Source: Euglena gracilis
Lineage: Eukaryota
Direction of reading: 5' to 3'
NCBI GenBank assembly: GCA_039621445.1
Contig: CP154954.1
Location: forward strand, 38,549,703 to 38,613,702
DNA length: 64,000 bases
Every line of letters begins with the position of its first letter. Within the stretch, counting starts at the first letter, position 1. Shown here piece by piece: positions 48,300-59,936 of this stretch. The notes below the pieces were generated by a model, which saw nothing but the letters and a program-made list of their open reading frames with translations, was not told the DNA's origin and did no database searches. Position numbers and translations under genes: made by a program.

Positions 48300-51200
48300 G
48301 GTTTCAAGGCTGAGATCCAGGCGGGAGAAAGGTGAACTGGGGCTTGTGCTGAACCTGAGGTGAAAGATCGATTACATTGAAGGCAGCTATCTTTCGATGG
48401 CGGAGTGAATTTGATTGACCAATCAATGGCCAATCACCCAATGGAGCAATTAACCAATTGACAAATGGAAATTGTGTGTGTGCTGCCTTTCTTTCGATAA
48501 GGATAATAAATCTTTTATTCAAATTTTCATGATCTTCAGGATGTTGACCGTAATAATGTTTCAAAAAGAAAACAACAATGTCTACCCTTGCAAAGGAAGT
48601 GATGCCCAAAAAGGGGCGATGGTGCACAAAGAACCACCAAAACTTTTCCCCAGACCTCCCAGAACAAAAATCACCATAACTCTGAGGGCACCCTTAAACC
48701 AACAAACATCAAATGACAAAAAACCAAAATACATTTTCAAATTTTTGAAACTTAAAATGACCATCAAAAATACATACGATCTTTGTGTGCTCGAAAAACA
48801 TTTGTCCTGTGTGCCATTGCTTTCTTTTCCTGGTTTTGTTTTGTTCTGTTTGGTACCTATTTGCCCCCCCCCATTCGGTTGGATTGGGTTGGTTATCCCT
48901 TGTGGTTATGCGGTAATTGAGGGGGGGTGCAATTTTGGAGAATCCCATATACCTTGGTTTTCTGTGATGATAAGAAAAACCACATTCCAGGTTTCCAAAA
49001 AAAGCATGCCAGAAAGGAATGACGAGGTTTTTTGTTTATTTGGGAGAAATTCCCTGTCAATCATAACAAGCGCGAACTTCTCCAGCCCAGATAAACACCC
49101 CATTTAATTGCACGGGTGCGCACATTATCAGACTGTAGTTTCGGACCCTAGGGATGTGACACTTATTTGGGCACTGTGCACTTAAATGGGGGGTTAACTC
49201 CTCCCTGTTGACATCACCGAAGAGGAGGATTACGTTTCTCCCTTGGTTCGGACAGGTAAATGGCAGACCTTCGAAACAGAGCCTCGAGGTCCGGGAAGTT
49301 CTCCACGCCGGATGCTTCAAAGGGGTTCGGCCTTCGGAGAAGAAAGCAGACGATTCAAAAGAGGGCGGGAAGCTGCGGACCTTCGCCCATTCATCTTGCT
49401 TCGAAACGTCAGAATGGCATGCGCAAAAAAGGGGGTCCTGTGGGATGATGACAAGCCGGCAAAAAGCAACACTTTTTGAGGGTAAAACATACATCCCCCT
49501 TATCCTTCTCACCCTTCAAAAACACTGTTGCTACCTCATTGCCAGTCATCCGAATCATTGCCAGTCATTCATTGGCAAATGTTGCAAAATTCTTGATTGT
49601 GAAGCCAAAATCAACACACCACTCAGGGTACTTTCGCCAGATTTCTGACCGTTTCTAATTGAAAAAAAAATCACACCAAACAAAAATGACTTTCTGGGTC
49701 ATCTGAGGTGTGTCTCAGAAAACTATCAGTTTTTGACCCAATTGTTTTGTACCTCTGGAATCTGGGCAGCAAAAAGTGACAAACTCCAGCGCAATGAAAA
49801 ACCCAAATATGCAGGGGGGGGGACATCGGAGAAATGCATATCAGAGGCCCTCGCAAAAAATACAAAAAAATTGTGGGATATTGCAAAGGAAAATTGTGGA
49901 AATTGCGATTTTGGGAATTACTACACTTCTGCTGGAGGGGACTCAGGAATTTCACAAAATTGGTCATTTTGCAATATAGGTGCAAGTTTTGAACCGTTAT
50001 TCCATTTTTTCCCAACAAAAAGGTCTAAAAGCATGATTTTTGCAATTTTGGGAACATGATGATTCTGGAAATATGGAATTCCTTGGGTGAAAAATCCAAA
50101 AATGGTAAGGGAAAAAATGCCAAAAACTTTGATAACAGGTAAAACCTGGTCCAGGATGCGGAATTTTTCTGTCGAAATTATTTCCCAGTGGAAATTGGGG
50201 GAAAACCTAAAAAAAAAAAGACCCAAAAATTGGCAATATTTTGTCAAAATTTGTAAAACTTGGCAAAATTTGGCAGATTTGCAACAAAGTATCAAAAAAA
50301 GCACCTTGGTTCCCTTGTGAAACATTCAAGGAATGGCCGGAACTCATTCCGCCTTCCTTCTCAGGTTCATGCGGAAAAATTGCGAAAAAGGAAAAAAAAA
50401 TTGCGGAAAATTACGGGAAAAATGCGGAAATTGCGGAAAATATAAAAAAAATGTGGACATCAATCCCCCCCTGAGTATGCAGCTCCTGTTGGAAAAATGA
50501 GCACTTTGAAAGTTTGGTTCTCACCTGATGTTTTTGGCACACATGAAAATATCGGTTCAACGGGCAGAAAAAATCATCTTCGGTTTGATCTCCCATTCTG
50601 GTACCATCACAAATAGAAGCCAAATGTCCACTCCTCAAAATATCTCCGACCCCTTTGGTCAGCTTTTGCATTCTCAAAATCAATGTCAAGATCTCCATTA
50701 GCTCCTGGTGCATTCATCAAACCAAAAATCATTCGTTTTGGCCGAAACAACGGCCACATAGCACACAAGAAGTTGACAAATTTGTCGTCCAGGCGGTCAA
50801 AGGTCAAAGGACCTGCCAGCACCCTGAGCAGGCTGAAATTGACCAACCCCGGAGGGGAGGGGGTGCCAGGTGTCAGGAGTGCCTGGGCAGGCAGGCACTA
50901 CCCGCCCCCGGTTCGACACCTGCCTGGCCGCGGGCCAAAAAGTGCCCCAAAATGGGCTTTTCTGGGCGTCAAACGCACCAGAAATGCCTTGGCCGAGTGC
51001 CAGGCGCCTTTGGCCGTGCCCCCCCCATTCAGATCTGGGATCTGGGTGCCTTGGACTGGGAGTGCCTGCCCACGCAGGCAACCCCCCCTCGGGTGGGGTC
51101 GGCACAGCCTCAAATTTCAGCCTGACCCTGAACACACTGAATGTATGTCCAAAGTTGACTTGAAAAGACATCGCAAGGCTTTCAATTTGGGCTTCCATAC

Positions 51201-51300
51201 TCATATTGGGAGATAGGCTGCATGGGGTCGGGTTCTTGAACTCAACTTTCCATCACGTATGACCATCTTGCGTGCTTGTGAGCCGCGTGAGTGAGTGAGC
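48300..51300 (-). pseudogene. Highly decayed Ty3/Gypsy reverse transcriptase/pol fossil
   Basis: RKMVI..L..RT.P.AAYLP..EAQIESLA..KSTLD; FRPKRMIFGLMNAPGA; KLSKCSFFQQEL; then YLGF resumes at ~49800. Many frameshifts; extent below 49.7 kb is weakly supported. Confidence 0.6.
49812..50473. mobile_element. TIR element CAGGGGGG...CCCCCCTG (relative at ~24921-25545) interrupting an RT fossil
   Basis: ~600-bp similarity between the two loci; GCGGAAAT repeats; A(A/G)TATG on both flanks. Confidence 0.7.
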
Positions 51301-53437
51301 ATATTGTCTTGTGGGGGCAAAAGAAGGACTTCAAATTTTTCATCTGGCAACACTTGGTTGGACAACTGCTGTGGAAAGACAAAACACCCCATCCAATCGG
51401 AATGCATTGGTGTGGCTCGGCCCCTGGTGAAATGCAAAGCATGGCATGACCCCGGAGCCCCTCCCTCCAGCCTTGCTTCCACGCTTTTGTGACAATTTCA
51501 CAACCCTTTCCCCAAACCACAATCAGGCTTTTCGAGAGAGTCCAAACCCCAAATTCATGAACATTTTTGAGGAGAATCCGAAGTTTTTACTACTTTTGCG
51601 AAAAAAAATATTAACTCCCTGGATGATGTACATAAAGGCTGCTGTTGCTGCAAGGGTAAAAAAAAAAACTGCAGATTCTGTGGAAACTGGTGTAATTACC
51701 AACTAAGCCCACCGAACAGTGGTTTAGATATCTTTTGACTTTGGTTCACACAAATTAATGAACATCCGTGCTCGAATGAAATATTTTATCGTTCATTGCT
51801 TCCTTGTTTTATCCTGTGGCAGGCACAGATGGATGCTCCTAGTACGACAATTGCTGGTTGGATAATGCAAGAATTTAATGGGTGTAGATCAGAATGCGTA
51901 ACACCAGAAGAAGCCAAAATTTGACATTGTTTTTTGACCCCTTGGTCAAATTTCCACACCAATATATATACCCACACATATCTACGCTGCATGCCATATG
52001 TATGTGACACAAGCACTTTACCCTCATTTTTTGGAATGATGGGGAAAGCATGGGGAAGATTTCAGCGAAAAACATTTGATTTGTTGGTCAAAATTCTTAC
52101 AAATGTCAACACGATCTTTGCTGCTTCTGGGATTGAGGATGTTGGGGGATTACGAAAGAATGCACGGACAAGACATTTTATTTTGAAGCACTGTCAGGAA
52201 AATTTTTCTTTGGATCATCAAACAATATGGAGTCCTGACCAAATTGCCTGGACAAACCCCAACAAATCCTGGCAAAATTGCAACAGCGTTGGAAACAATC
52301 TGGCCAGACAGTCATAGTGCGTTGTGGAAATGAGTTGTTGGTGTTGCCTGGGATCGAGGCTGCAACTCATTCTTCAATTCTGCTGCCAAGAATGGGCGAG
52401 AGTCACGTGGTTCCATTCCAATTCACCAGAATTAAGCCCTGAGGTCCCGATCGGTCCAATTCACCAAGAGTCAGTCGGGGGGGGGGGGCATGAAGAGAGA
52501 AGGAGGGTCTCACACAAAAACCAGAACGGAATGATTATTCATGTGATTCCAGATGGTCAAGCAGAGCCCATGTCCTGTCTCGAGCGCAAAGAGTACCACC
52601 GCCACACAAGAGAAAATCGCTCGACGTCGAACGTTGCAAAGGCGCTGCCAGGGTCAGCGGCGTGCACTGGCACCTGCGAGTGAGGCAGAAGACTTTTTGA
52701 AGCGGACTGGCGTGTGGGAATCAACCCTTGCTGACCAACAGCCTGGGAAGGGGTCGACTTCACTTCAAAAAAAAAAACACCTGTCCCTTTTGAAAACTAA
52801 TCACTTCAAACTCCCCAAGCGGGTTGATCCAGCCGCTCGGTCAAAAGAAGCTCGAACCCTGTGGATATCCACCCACCACTTCTTCAAAAATTCTGAAATT
52901 AATTTGGCGTCCCGCTGACTGGATTTCCAAAAAAAATGACTGACTGGTTTTCTGGAAGAGTGAAAATGAAAAGAAATGAAAGGAAATTCTCTGGAAGAAT
53001 GGATTGGTAAAAAAAGAGTGTCCCCCCAGCTGGGTGCCTGCCCCCCCCCCCCGCGAGAGTGGTTAGCAAGAAATGGCCAACAGTTGCCCACTGGGGGGTC
53101 GGCCACTCTGGAATCCAAGGGACAGTTGACCAACAAAGAAACAGGGAAATGCAAAAGATTTTCTGGTGCCTTCGGGGCCAGGTCATTTTACTGGTTGGTG
53201 TTTTGTTGACCACCACCATGGGAGGAGGTATGGACCAAAAAGCAGTTAGTTAATCACTCTGAAAAACCCAGTCACCCTCCCCCAGGGTATTAAATGAGAG
53301 GGGGGGAGGGGGGAGGGCCAGGGGAAACCCCCAGGCACAACCCCAGAAAAAATCTTGAGGGGCTTCAAAAATGCCCAAAATTGCGTTTTCAGGTGATTTT
53401 TTTCACTGAATTGACAAAGACAGATGATAAAAACATA

Positions 53438-53768
53438 ACCTCCCCCAATATAAAGCCCCCCCCCCCAACGTGGAGCCAGACGCTGGTGTCATTCAGGAAA
53501 AAGTGGGAATTTTTTGGGTGGATACAACATTTTTTTGCCAGAAATGCTCCATTTTGGAACATTTTTGCGAAAAATGGTACACAACGACAATTTGGCAAAA
53601 AAAAGGGAAAAAATTAGTATTTGGTCACAATTGAAGGCCGCCGAAGGTCATAGGGGCGACCTGAAAAAGTTTGATTTCTCCCCCCCCCAAAACATAAAGT
53701 CCCCCCTGAGGGTCTTGAAATCCCGTCCAAATATAAAGGCGGGGGGGGGCTTTATATGTGGGGAGGTT
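53438..53768. mobile_element. TA-flanked MITE (relative ~63135-63390)
   Basis: ACCTCCCCCAATATAAAGCCCC ... GGGGCTTTATATGTGGGGAGGT. Confidence 0.75.
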
Positions 53769-56700
53769 TAAGTTGCCCGGGTCGGGGGATAAGTTTTGGT
53801 TCCAGGGTCTCCGGACCCCCTCTGCCCGGAAGGGAGGCTTGTTCCGGACCCCCCTCCCCCCTTGGGGGGTTGAACCCCCCTGAACAAGACCAACGCTCAC
53901 TTAATGCCCTGCCCCACCCCTGGGAGGGGGTTGTCGGCCAGTGCCAAGTGATTGTATGGAGGGGGCACACAACCAAACAATACGGTACGGTACGGTACCA
54001 AACAATACGGTACGCAGGAGGGGATAAGTGCTCGCCAAATTACCTGGAAATGCTGCAGAAATTGCTTCATAATGGAGATGGCATTTCCCGCTAAATGTGT
54101 CTTGTTTTCTAAGAAAAATGTGCAAGGCACTCGCTTGTATTGCTCTTTGCAAATGAAGTGTTGAAATTTTCACTATTTGATGTTGAGGGCATCAAAATCA
54201 TGCAAGTTCATCCCACCATAGCAAGCTGCAACATGCAGCACATTTGGAAGCATTATTGGGCACTTATATTTTGAATGTTGCTGTAAACTTCCAGGCATAT
54301 GTTGCTTTTATTTCCCTCAGAATATTGGTGTTCATGAGCAAAAGGCCAACGGCCAACTTTAGGGGGGCCAAGTCTGCATGTGAGGAGGAGGGGGCCAAGC
54401 ACCCGGGGGGGGGGGGGGGGGGCAAGCAGAGTAGTCAGGCTGAGGCGTTGTTGCTGTTGTTGTTGCCATCTTTTGCCATCATCTAACAAATGAACACTCT
54501 GGCAGATGACTCATGCCAACCTTGGGAGAAAAAATGGCTTTTGATTGTTCTTTGCAGCAGCATGTGTACATGTGTTAGAGACGGATCAACAGGAAGAGAA
54601 AGGGAAAGGAGAACAAACACACCCAGCGGTCATCACAGTCGATTGCGGTGGCAAACCCGGTGGCGGCAAGCACGATTCCATCAGAAAGCTGGCCGGCGAA
54701 GTAAGAGAACCCGGACTTTGAAGTCACCTGGAAGCGAAAGCAACATGACCATTCTGGCCACAGCTGGGTGTGAGCGGGGGAGGGGGGGGAGGGGAGTGGA
54801 GGAAACGGCAACAGCTGGAGGAAAAATGCCCAAAGATGCTTGAACGCTAGGCCTCTGAAAAAGCGGCAAATCGTCCTCTTTTCTCCCTCCTTCGACCAGT
54901 TCTCATTCAGTATTCAGTCTTTTTTTTACAATTTCCTTGCCAATGTCCCGAGAGATAGTGGATATCTTTCATTCAATGCAAACCTGCCCACAGATATACG
55001 ACTCAGTTCCAGGAGAGCAAGAGCACTGAAAGCAGGGAGGAGGGGGTCAGGTCAACATGGACCCTCAAAAAAAAAACGGTGACACATAAAAAACAAAAAA
55101 ACGCATAAAAAACAATAAAAATAATATAATAAACAATAAAAAACGCAAATTTCAAGTAAAATCTTCCCCGGGATGTACTTTCTTCTGGAAAGGAAAGAAA
55201 AAATTTTCAAATGCTGAAGAAAATTGTTGACAAAAAATGCAAAAACAAAAAAAACTGACAAAAATTTTGGTCTCAGGGGGAAATCAAATCTGAGCGAAAA
55301 TGTCCAAATCGATTTTTGTTTCAGCAGAAAATCAAGAAATCACTAAGGGGAAAAAAGCAAAGGGCCACAAAAGTAATTTTTTGCCAAAACAGTTGGACAC
55401 AAAAAGATGCTAAAAAAAACGCGTTTGTATTTCCCCCTGCTGTAAATTGCTTCAGACCGTCCAAACATTCAGCGCACCCACCTTCTCTTCTCCAAGACAC
55501 ATCAAAGTTCCCGAAATGTGGCGTTGACAAGGGACGGGGTGTGTTTCAACGATGTGGTGTGTCTTGGACAAATTGGGGAAATACCCACCCACCTGCACAT
55601 CCACGCACACAACAGGAATGGATGGTGCATGTGCCTAAATATACCCCCCCCCGGGGCGCTTGGCCTGGGTCATGATTGAAGGAAGGCCAGGGGCAACCTC
55701 ATGGGGGCCAAGTTTGAATGTTGAGAATTTTGGGATCCATGTGCAAAAGGCCGAAGGCCAACTATAACAAGTCCGGGGGGGGCAAGTGCCCCCCCCCCCG
55801 GGCACTTGCCTGGGCGCTTGTCCTCCCTTCGTGCAAATTTGGCCCCTATTTGCACGGAGGGAGGACAAGCGTCCGGGGGCAAATGCCTGCACTGCGTGCA
55901 CCCCACTAGGCACCGCGTGCACCGTACTGCATGGCGCACCGCGTGCACTGCGTCAGAAGAACCATTTCCAAATGTAAAATTTCCACCAGTGCCCCATTTG
56001 TAGTTGACTTCCATTCGCTTTTTTTGTCTGGTTTCCTGCAAATCAGCAACTTTTGGCCTTTTTTGGTCTTTTTTTTGGTCATTTTGGACCACTTTTGGCC
56101 ACTTTTGGCCACTTTTGGCAGCTTTGGGCTGCATTTGGCAATTTAGACTACTTTTCGCTGTTTGAATGCATTTTTGGCTCATTTATATTAATTTAGGCTG
56201 CTTCTGGCCATTTTGCACATTTGTGGTACTGTAGGCCACTTCTCAGTGCTTTTAGGCACCTTTTGCCCATTTTGACCACTTTTGGTCATTTTGTGGCCAC
56301 TTGCACAGATTCAGTGGCCATTGGCACAGACTTGGCGAGATCTGGTGGCAAACCCAGATATTTGGGCCAAAGACAGCAAAAAAAAAATACTCAAAAATCA
56401 TCCAAAATGCTTTTTTATTTCAATTTTGTAATTCATGGGTGGTTTTACGTGTGTTTTTCTCTCATTCAGTCATTTCAGGTGCAACGTGATCCTTGTCACG
56501 CGGTGCCACATGCGGTGAATGCGGTGCTGCATGCCGTGCACGTGGTGCCGCACGCGGTGCGGAAGCATCCCCTGTGCAAGAAGAGGGGGGATGGGTTACG
56601 TTCTGTGAAGCCGGGAGGGAAACCCCGGTTGAGTGGTCGAAATGCCACAGAATGTGGGGCTGGGCACCATAGATCCAGGAAAACCAAGATGCGAAACAAG

Positions 56701-57995
56701 AACGACGGCACCGACAGCAGTCGCAGCAGCAAACCAGCAGGTCTGCCATGATGAGCCCATGCAGCGTATGAGTCGGGTCCCCGTTGATGTGCACCCGTGG
56801 CTGGTAAGCGCTCAGGCCCTCCACCAGTGGCAGGAATGCGACCGGCACTCCGTCCGAGCTGCGGAAGGCAATGGATGGTGAGGATTGGGACAGAGCGGTG
56901 GAGCACTGGAGCGGACTGGAGCACTGGGCACTTGTGGACCCCCTGGGAAGTCCCGTTCAGAGGCTGGAAAATTTGGGCTGACTGCAAAAAGGCTGCTGGC
57001 TGACCCCCCACAGGGGATCCCAGGGCTTGAACTGGCCCAACTGGGGGGTTGGTACCAAAAAAATTAAAACTTCAAAAATGTCCCAAAAAAACTACCAATT
57101 TGCAAAAAAAACCCAAAATTTGACTGACCTGGCCGGCCCATTTTTTTTGGCAGTTTTCATCCCATTTTTTTTTGCACCTACAAAAGCGAAAAAACCATCA
57201 CTGTCCTCGTTGATGGGGGGAGAGAGGTCTGAAAGGCTGGAAAGAGGCTGCTGGTTGGCTGGACCCCCCTGAGGGATCAAATTTTCTTCAGCAACGCCCT
57301 GATGTGCTCACCGCATCACACTGGGCCTGAACCCTCCCCCCCCCAAATGATAAAATGCCCCCCCCCCATGTGGAACGACTTTGGCTGCCCAAATAATAAC
57401 CCAATAGCTGTGAAAGGAAATAGGAGGGAAAATCTGCATGTTGCAAAAATTCGAGTGATAGCCCCACAGTAACCCCCCCCCACTTGTAACCAGGTGTTGA
57501 ATAGTGCTGAGCTCTTGATAAGCGCACCCCCACCACCGACAGTCCGGCCCGGCCCGGCCCGGCCGGCGGCCCGGCCCGGCCCGGCCGGCGGCCCGGCCCG
57601 GCCCGGCCCGGCCCGGCCCAGCCAGCGGCGGGCCGGCGGCCCGGCGGGCCGGCCAGCGGCCCGGCGTCCCAGCGAATCGTTTCGGGCCCCAAAATTTTTT
57701 TCAATTTTTTTCGACTTTTTTGACCCGGGTTTGACCCAAAGTCAATGGGTTGGCGGCTCAGAACGGGGCTCTGGCGGGTTGGTCAACGACGGCTTTTAGC
57801 CATTTCCAACCATTAGCTACCATGGACCAATTGCCTGAGTGGTCAAAGACTATGCTGTTGAAATCAGATATCACTTCGGCAGAGACGAATATAAAACATT
57901 TTGGTGGAAACATTTCACATTAATTCAGGGTTTTCGTTTTTTTTTAACTTGCCTCCTGAGCCCTAAATGCTCTCTAAGCGAATTGTACAGTCAGT

Positions 57996-58067
57996 ATACA
58001 CGTAGCTCAGTGGTAGAGCACTCGGTTCACAAGGTAGCGGTTGTGGGTTCGATCCCCACTGTGTATA
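57996..58067 (+). tRNA. tRNA-Val(CAC)-like gene with unpaired anticodon stem (probable pseudogene or Pol III unit)
   Basis: Acceptor ATACACG/TGTGTAT, D-arm GCTC/GAGC, T-arm GTGGG-TTCGATC-CCCAC, T5 terminator; anticodon stem CTCGG/GGTAG does not pair. Confidence 0.65.
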
Positions 58068-58120
58068 TTTTTGCTGAATTAAAACATACATAGAAGCATA
58101 TGTCATTTCAAACCAAAAAT

Positions 58121-58192
58121 TCATTTTTGAGGGAATCGAACCCACGACCGTTAGATTGTAAGTCGAGTGCTCTACCACTGAGCTATGCACCT
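58121..58192 (-). pseudogene. tRNA-Val(TAC)-like pseudogene convergent with the above
   Basis: A-box TAGCTCAGTGG, B-box GGTTCGATTCC, T5 downstream; acceptor and anticodon stems broken. Confidence 0.65.
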
Positions 58193-58412
58193 CTCTGACA
58201 CATGTTGTCTGAAGGGAAAAATACTAATACATACAGGGAGAATCTTTTTGCATTATTAATATGCAATGAAGGAAATCACACCAATGGAAACAAAAAATTT
58301 TCCGGTCGAATATTGCACGAATATTCGACAATATATTTCACAACATTCGAACGTTCGATTATTTTGAAACATTCGAATATTCGTCGAATATTCGAATGTT
58401 CGAAGCAGCCTT

Positions 58413-59663
58413 AGCAGAAATGCCAAAAATAAAACAATGAAAAGAGAAATGAAAAAAATAAAAAATAAACATAAAAAAAATAAAATTAAAAAAACGTCAC
58501 GTGAAATGATATGACATGTGGGGGGTGTGGGGGGTGTGAGGGGGTGTGTGGGGGGTGTGGGGGGGGGGGGGGGGGGGGGGGGGTGGGGGTGGGGGTAGGT
58601 GTGGGGGGGGGGGGGGTGTGTGGGTGTGGGGGGTGTACCTTGTAGAGACCAATCTAACAACGTTGAGCGGGAAATATTCTGCTGTTTGGACAAGAATCGT
58701 AACCCTGACCCTACTCCTTCAAATAACCTCACAAAATCTTTTTGGCCACAATGAAACACCATCGGGTTCTTTTGCAGAAATCCCAAAAATAAAAGAATGA
58801 AAAGAGAAATGAAAAAAAAAATAAACATAAAAAGAAAAATAAAAATGAAAAGGGTCACGTGAAATGATGTGACATGTGGGGGGTGTGGGGGGTGTGTGGG
58901 GGTGTGGGGTGTGTGGGGGGGTGTGTGGTGTGGGGGGGGGGGTGGGGGTGGGGGGGGGTGTGGGTGTGGGGGGTGGGGGGGGTGGGGGGGGGGGTGTGGG
59001 GGGTGGGGGTGGGTGTGGGGGTGGTGGGGGTGGGGGGGGGGTGTGGGGGGTGTGGGGGGGTGTGGGGGGGTGTGGGGGGGTGGGGGGGTGTGGGGGGGTG
59101 TGGGGGGGGTGTGGGGGGTGTGGGGGGGTCTTGTACAGACCAATCTAACAACGTTGAGCGGGAAATATTCTGCTGTTTGGACAAGGATTGTAACCCTAAC
59201 CCTACTCCTTCAAATAACCTCACAAAATCTTTTTGGCCACAATGAAACACCATCGGGTTCTTTTGCAGAAATGCCAAAAATAAAAGAATGAAAAGAAAAA
59301 TGAAAAAAAATAAAAAATAAACATAAAAACAAAAATAAAAATAAAAAAGGTCACGTGAAATGATGTGACGTGGGGGGTGTGGGGGGGTGTGGGGGGGGTG
59401 TGGGGGGGTGGGGGGGGGTGGGGGGGGGTGTGGGGGTGTGGGGGGTGTGGGGTGGTGTGGGGGGGGGTGGGGGGTAGTACCTTGTTGAGACCAATCTAAC
59501 AACGTTGAGCGGGAAATATTCTGCTGTTTGGACAAGAATCGTAACCCTGACCCTACTCCGTCAAATAACCTCACAAAATCTTTTTGGCCACAATGAAATA
59601 CCATCGGGTTCTTTTGCAGAAATGCCAAAAATAAAAGAATAAAAAAAAAAAAAAAAAAAAAAA

Positions 59664-59706
<43 letters not shown>

Positions 59707-59731
59707 AAAAAAAAAAAAAAAAAAAAAAAAA

Positions 59732-59768
<37 letters not shown>
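58413..59768. repeat. Three to four copies of a ~240-bp block separated by variable G(n)T tracts, ending in a ~125-nt A-run
   Basis: GACCAATCTAACAACGTTGAGCGGG at ~58647, 59138 and 59489. Confidence 0.9.
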
Positions 59769-59769
<1 letters not shown>

Positions 59770-59936
59770 GGGAGAAAAACCCCCCCGCCTGCCCCGCGCC
59801 CTGCCCCCCCTCCCCCTCCCCTCCTCCCCCCCCCTCCACCCCCCCCGGTCCCGTGCCCCTTGCTGTGCCCTGTGGGGGGTGTGGGGTGTTAGGGTGGGGT
59901 TGGGGGGTGTTGTGGGGGGTGTGGTGGGGGGGGGGG

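Noticed and set aside
51600-52400. Possible transposase or other coding remnant
   Set aside because: No motif I could recognise in any frame
57824-57890. tRNA-Ser(TGA) gene
   Set aside because: Only an A-box-like 5' half and a possible anticodon loop; no T-arm or B-box
58635-59640. Constant blocks with variable spacers as a CRISPR-like array
   Set aside because: Blocks are ~240 bp and the spacers are low-complexity G/T tracts
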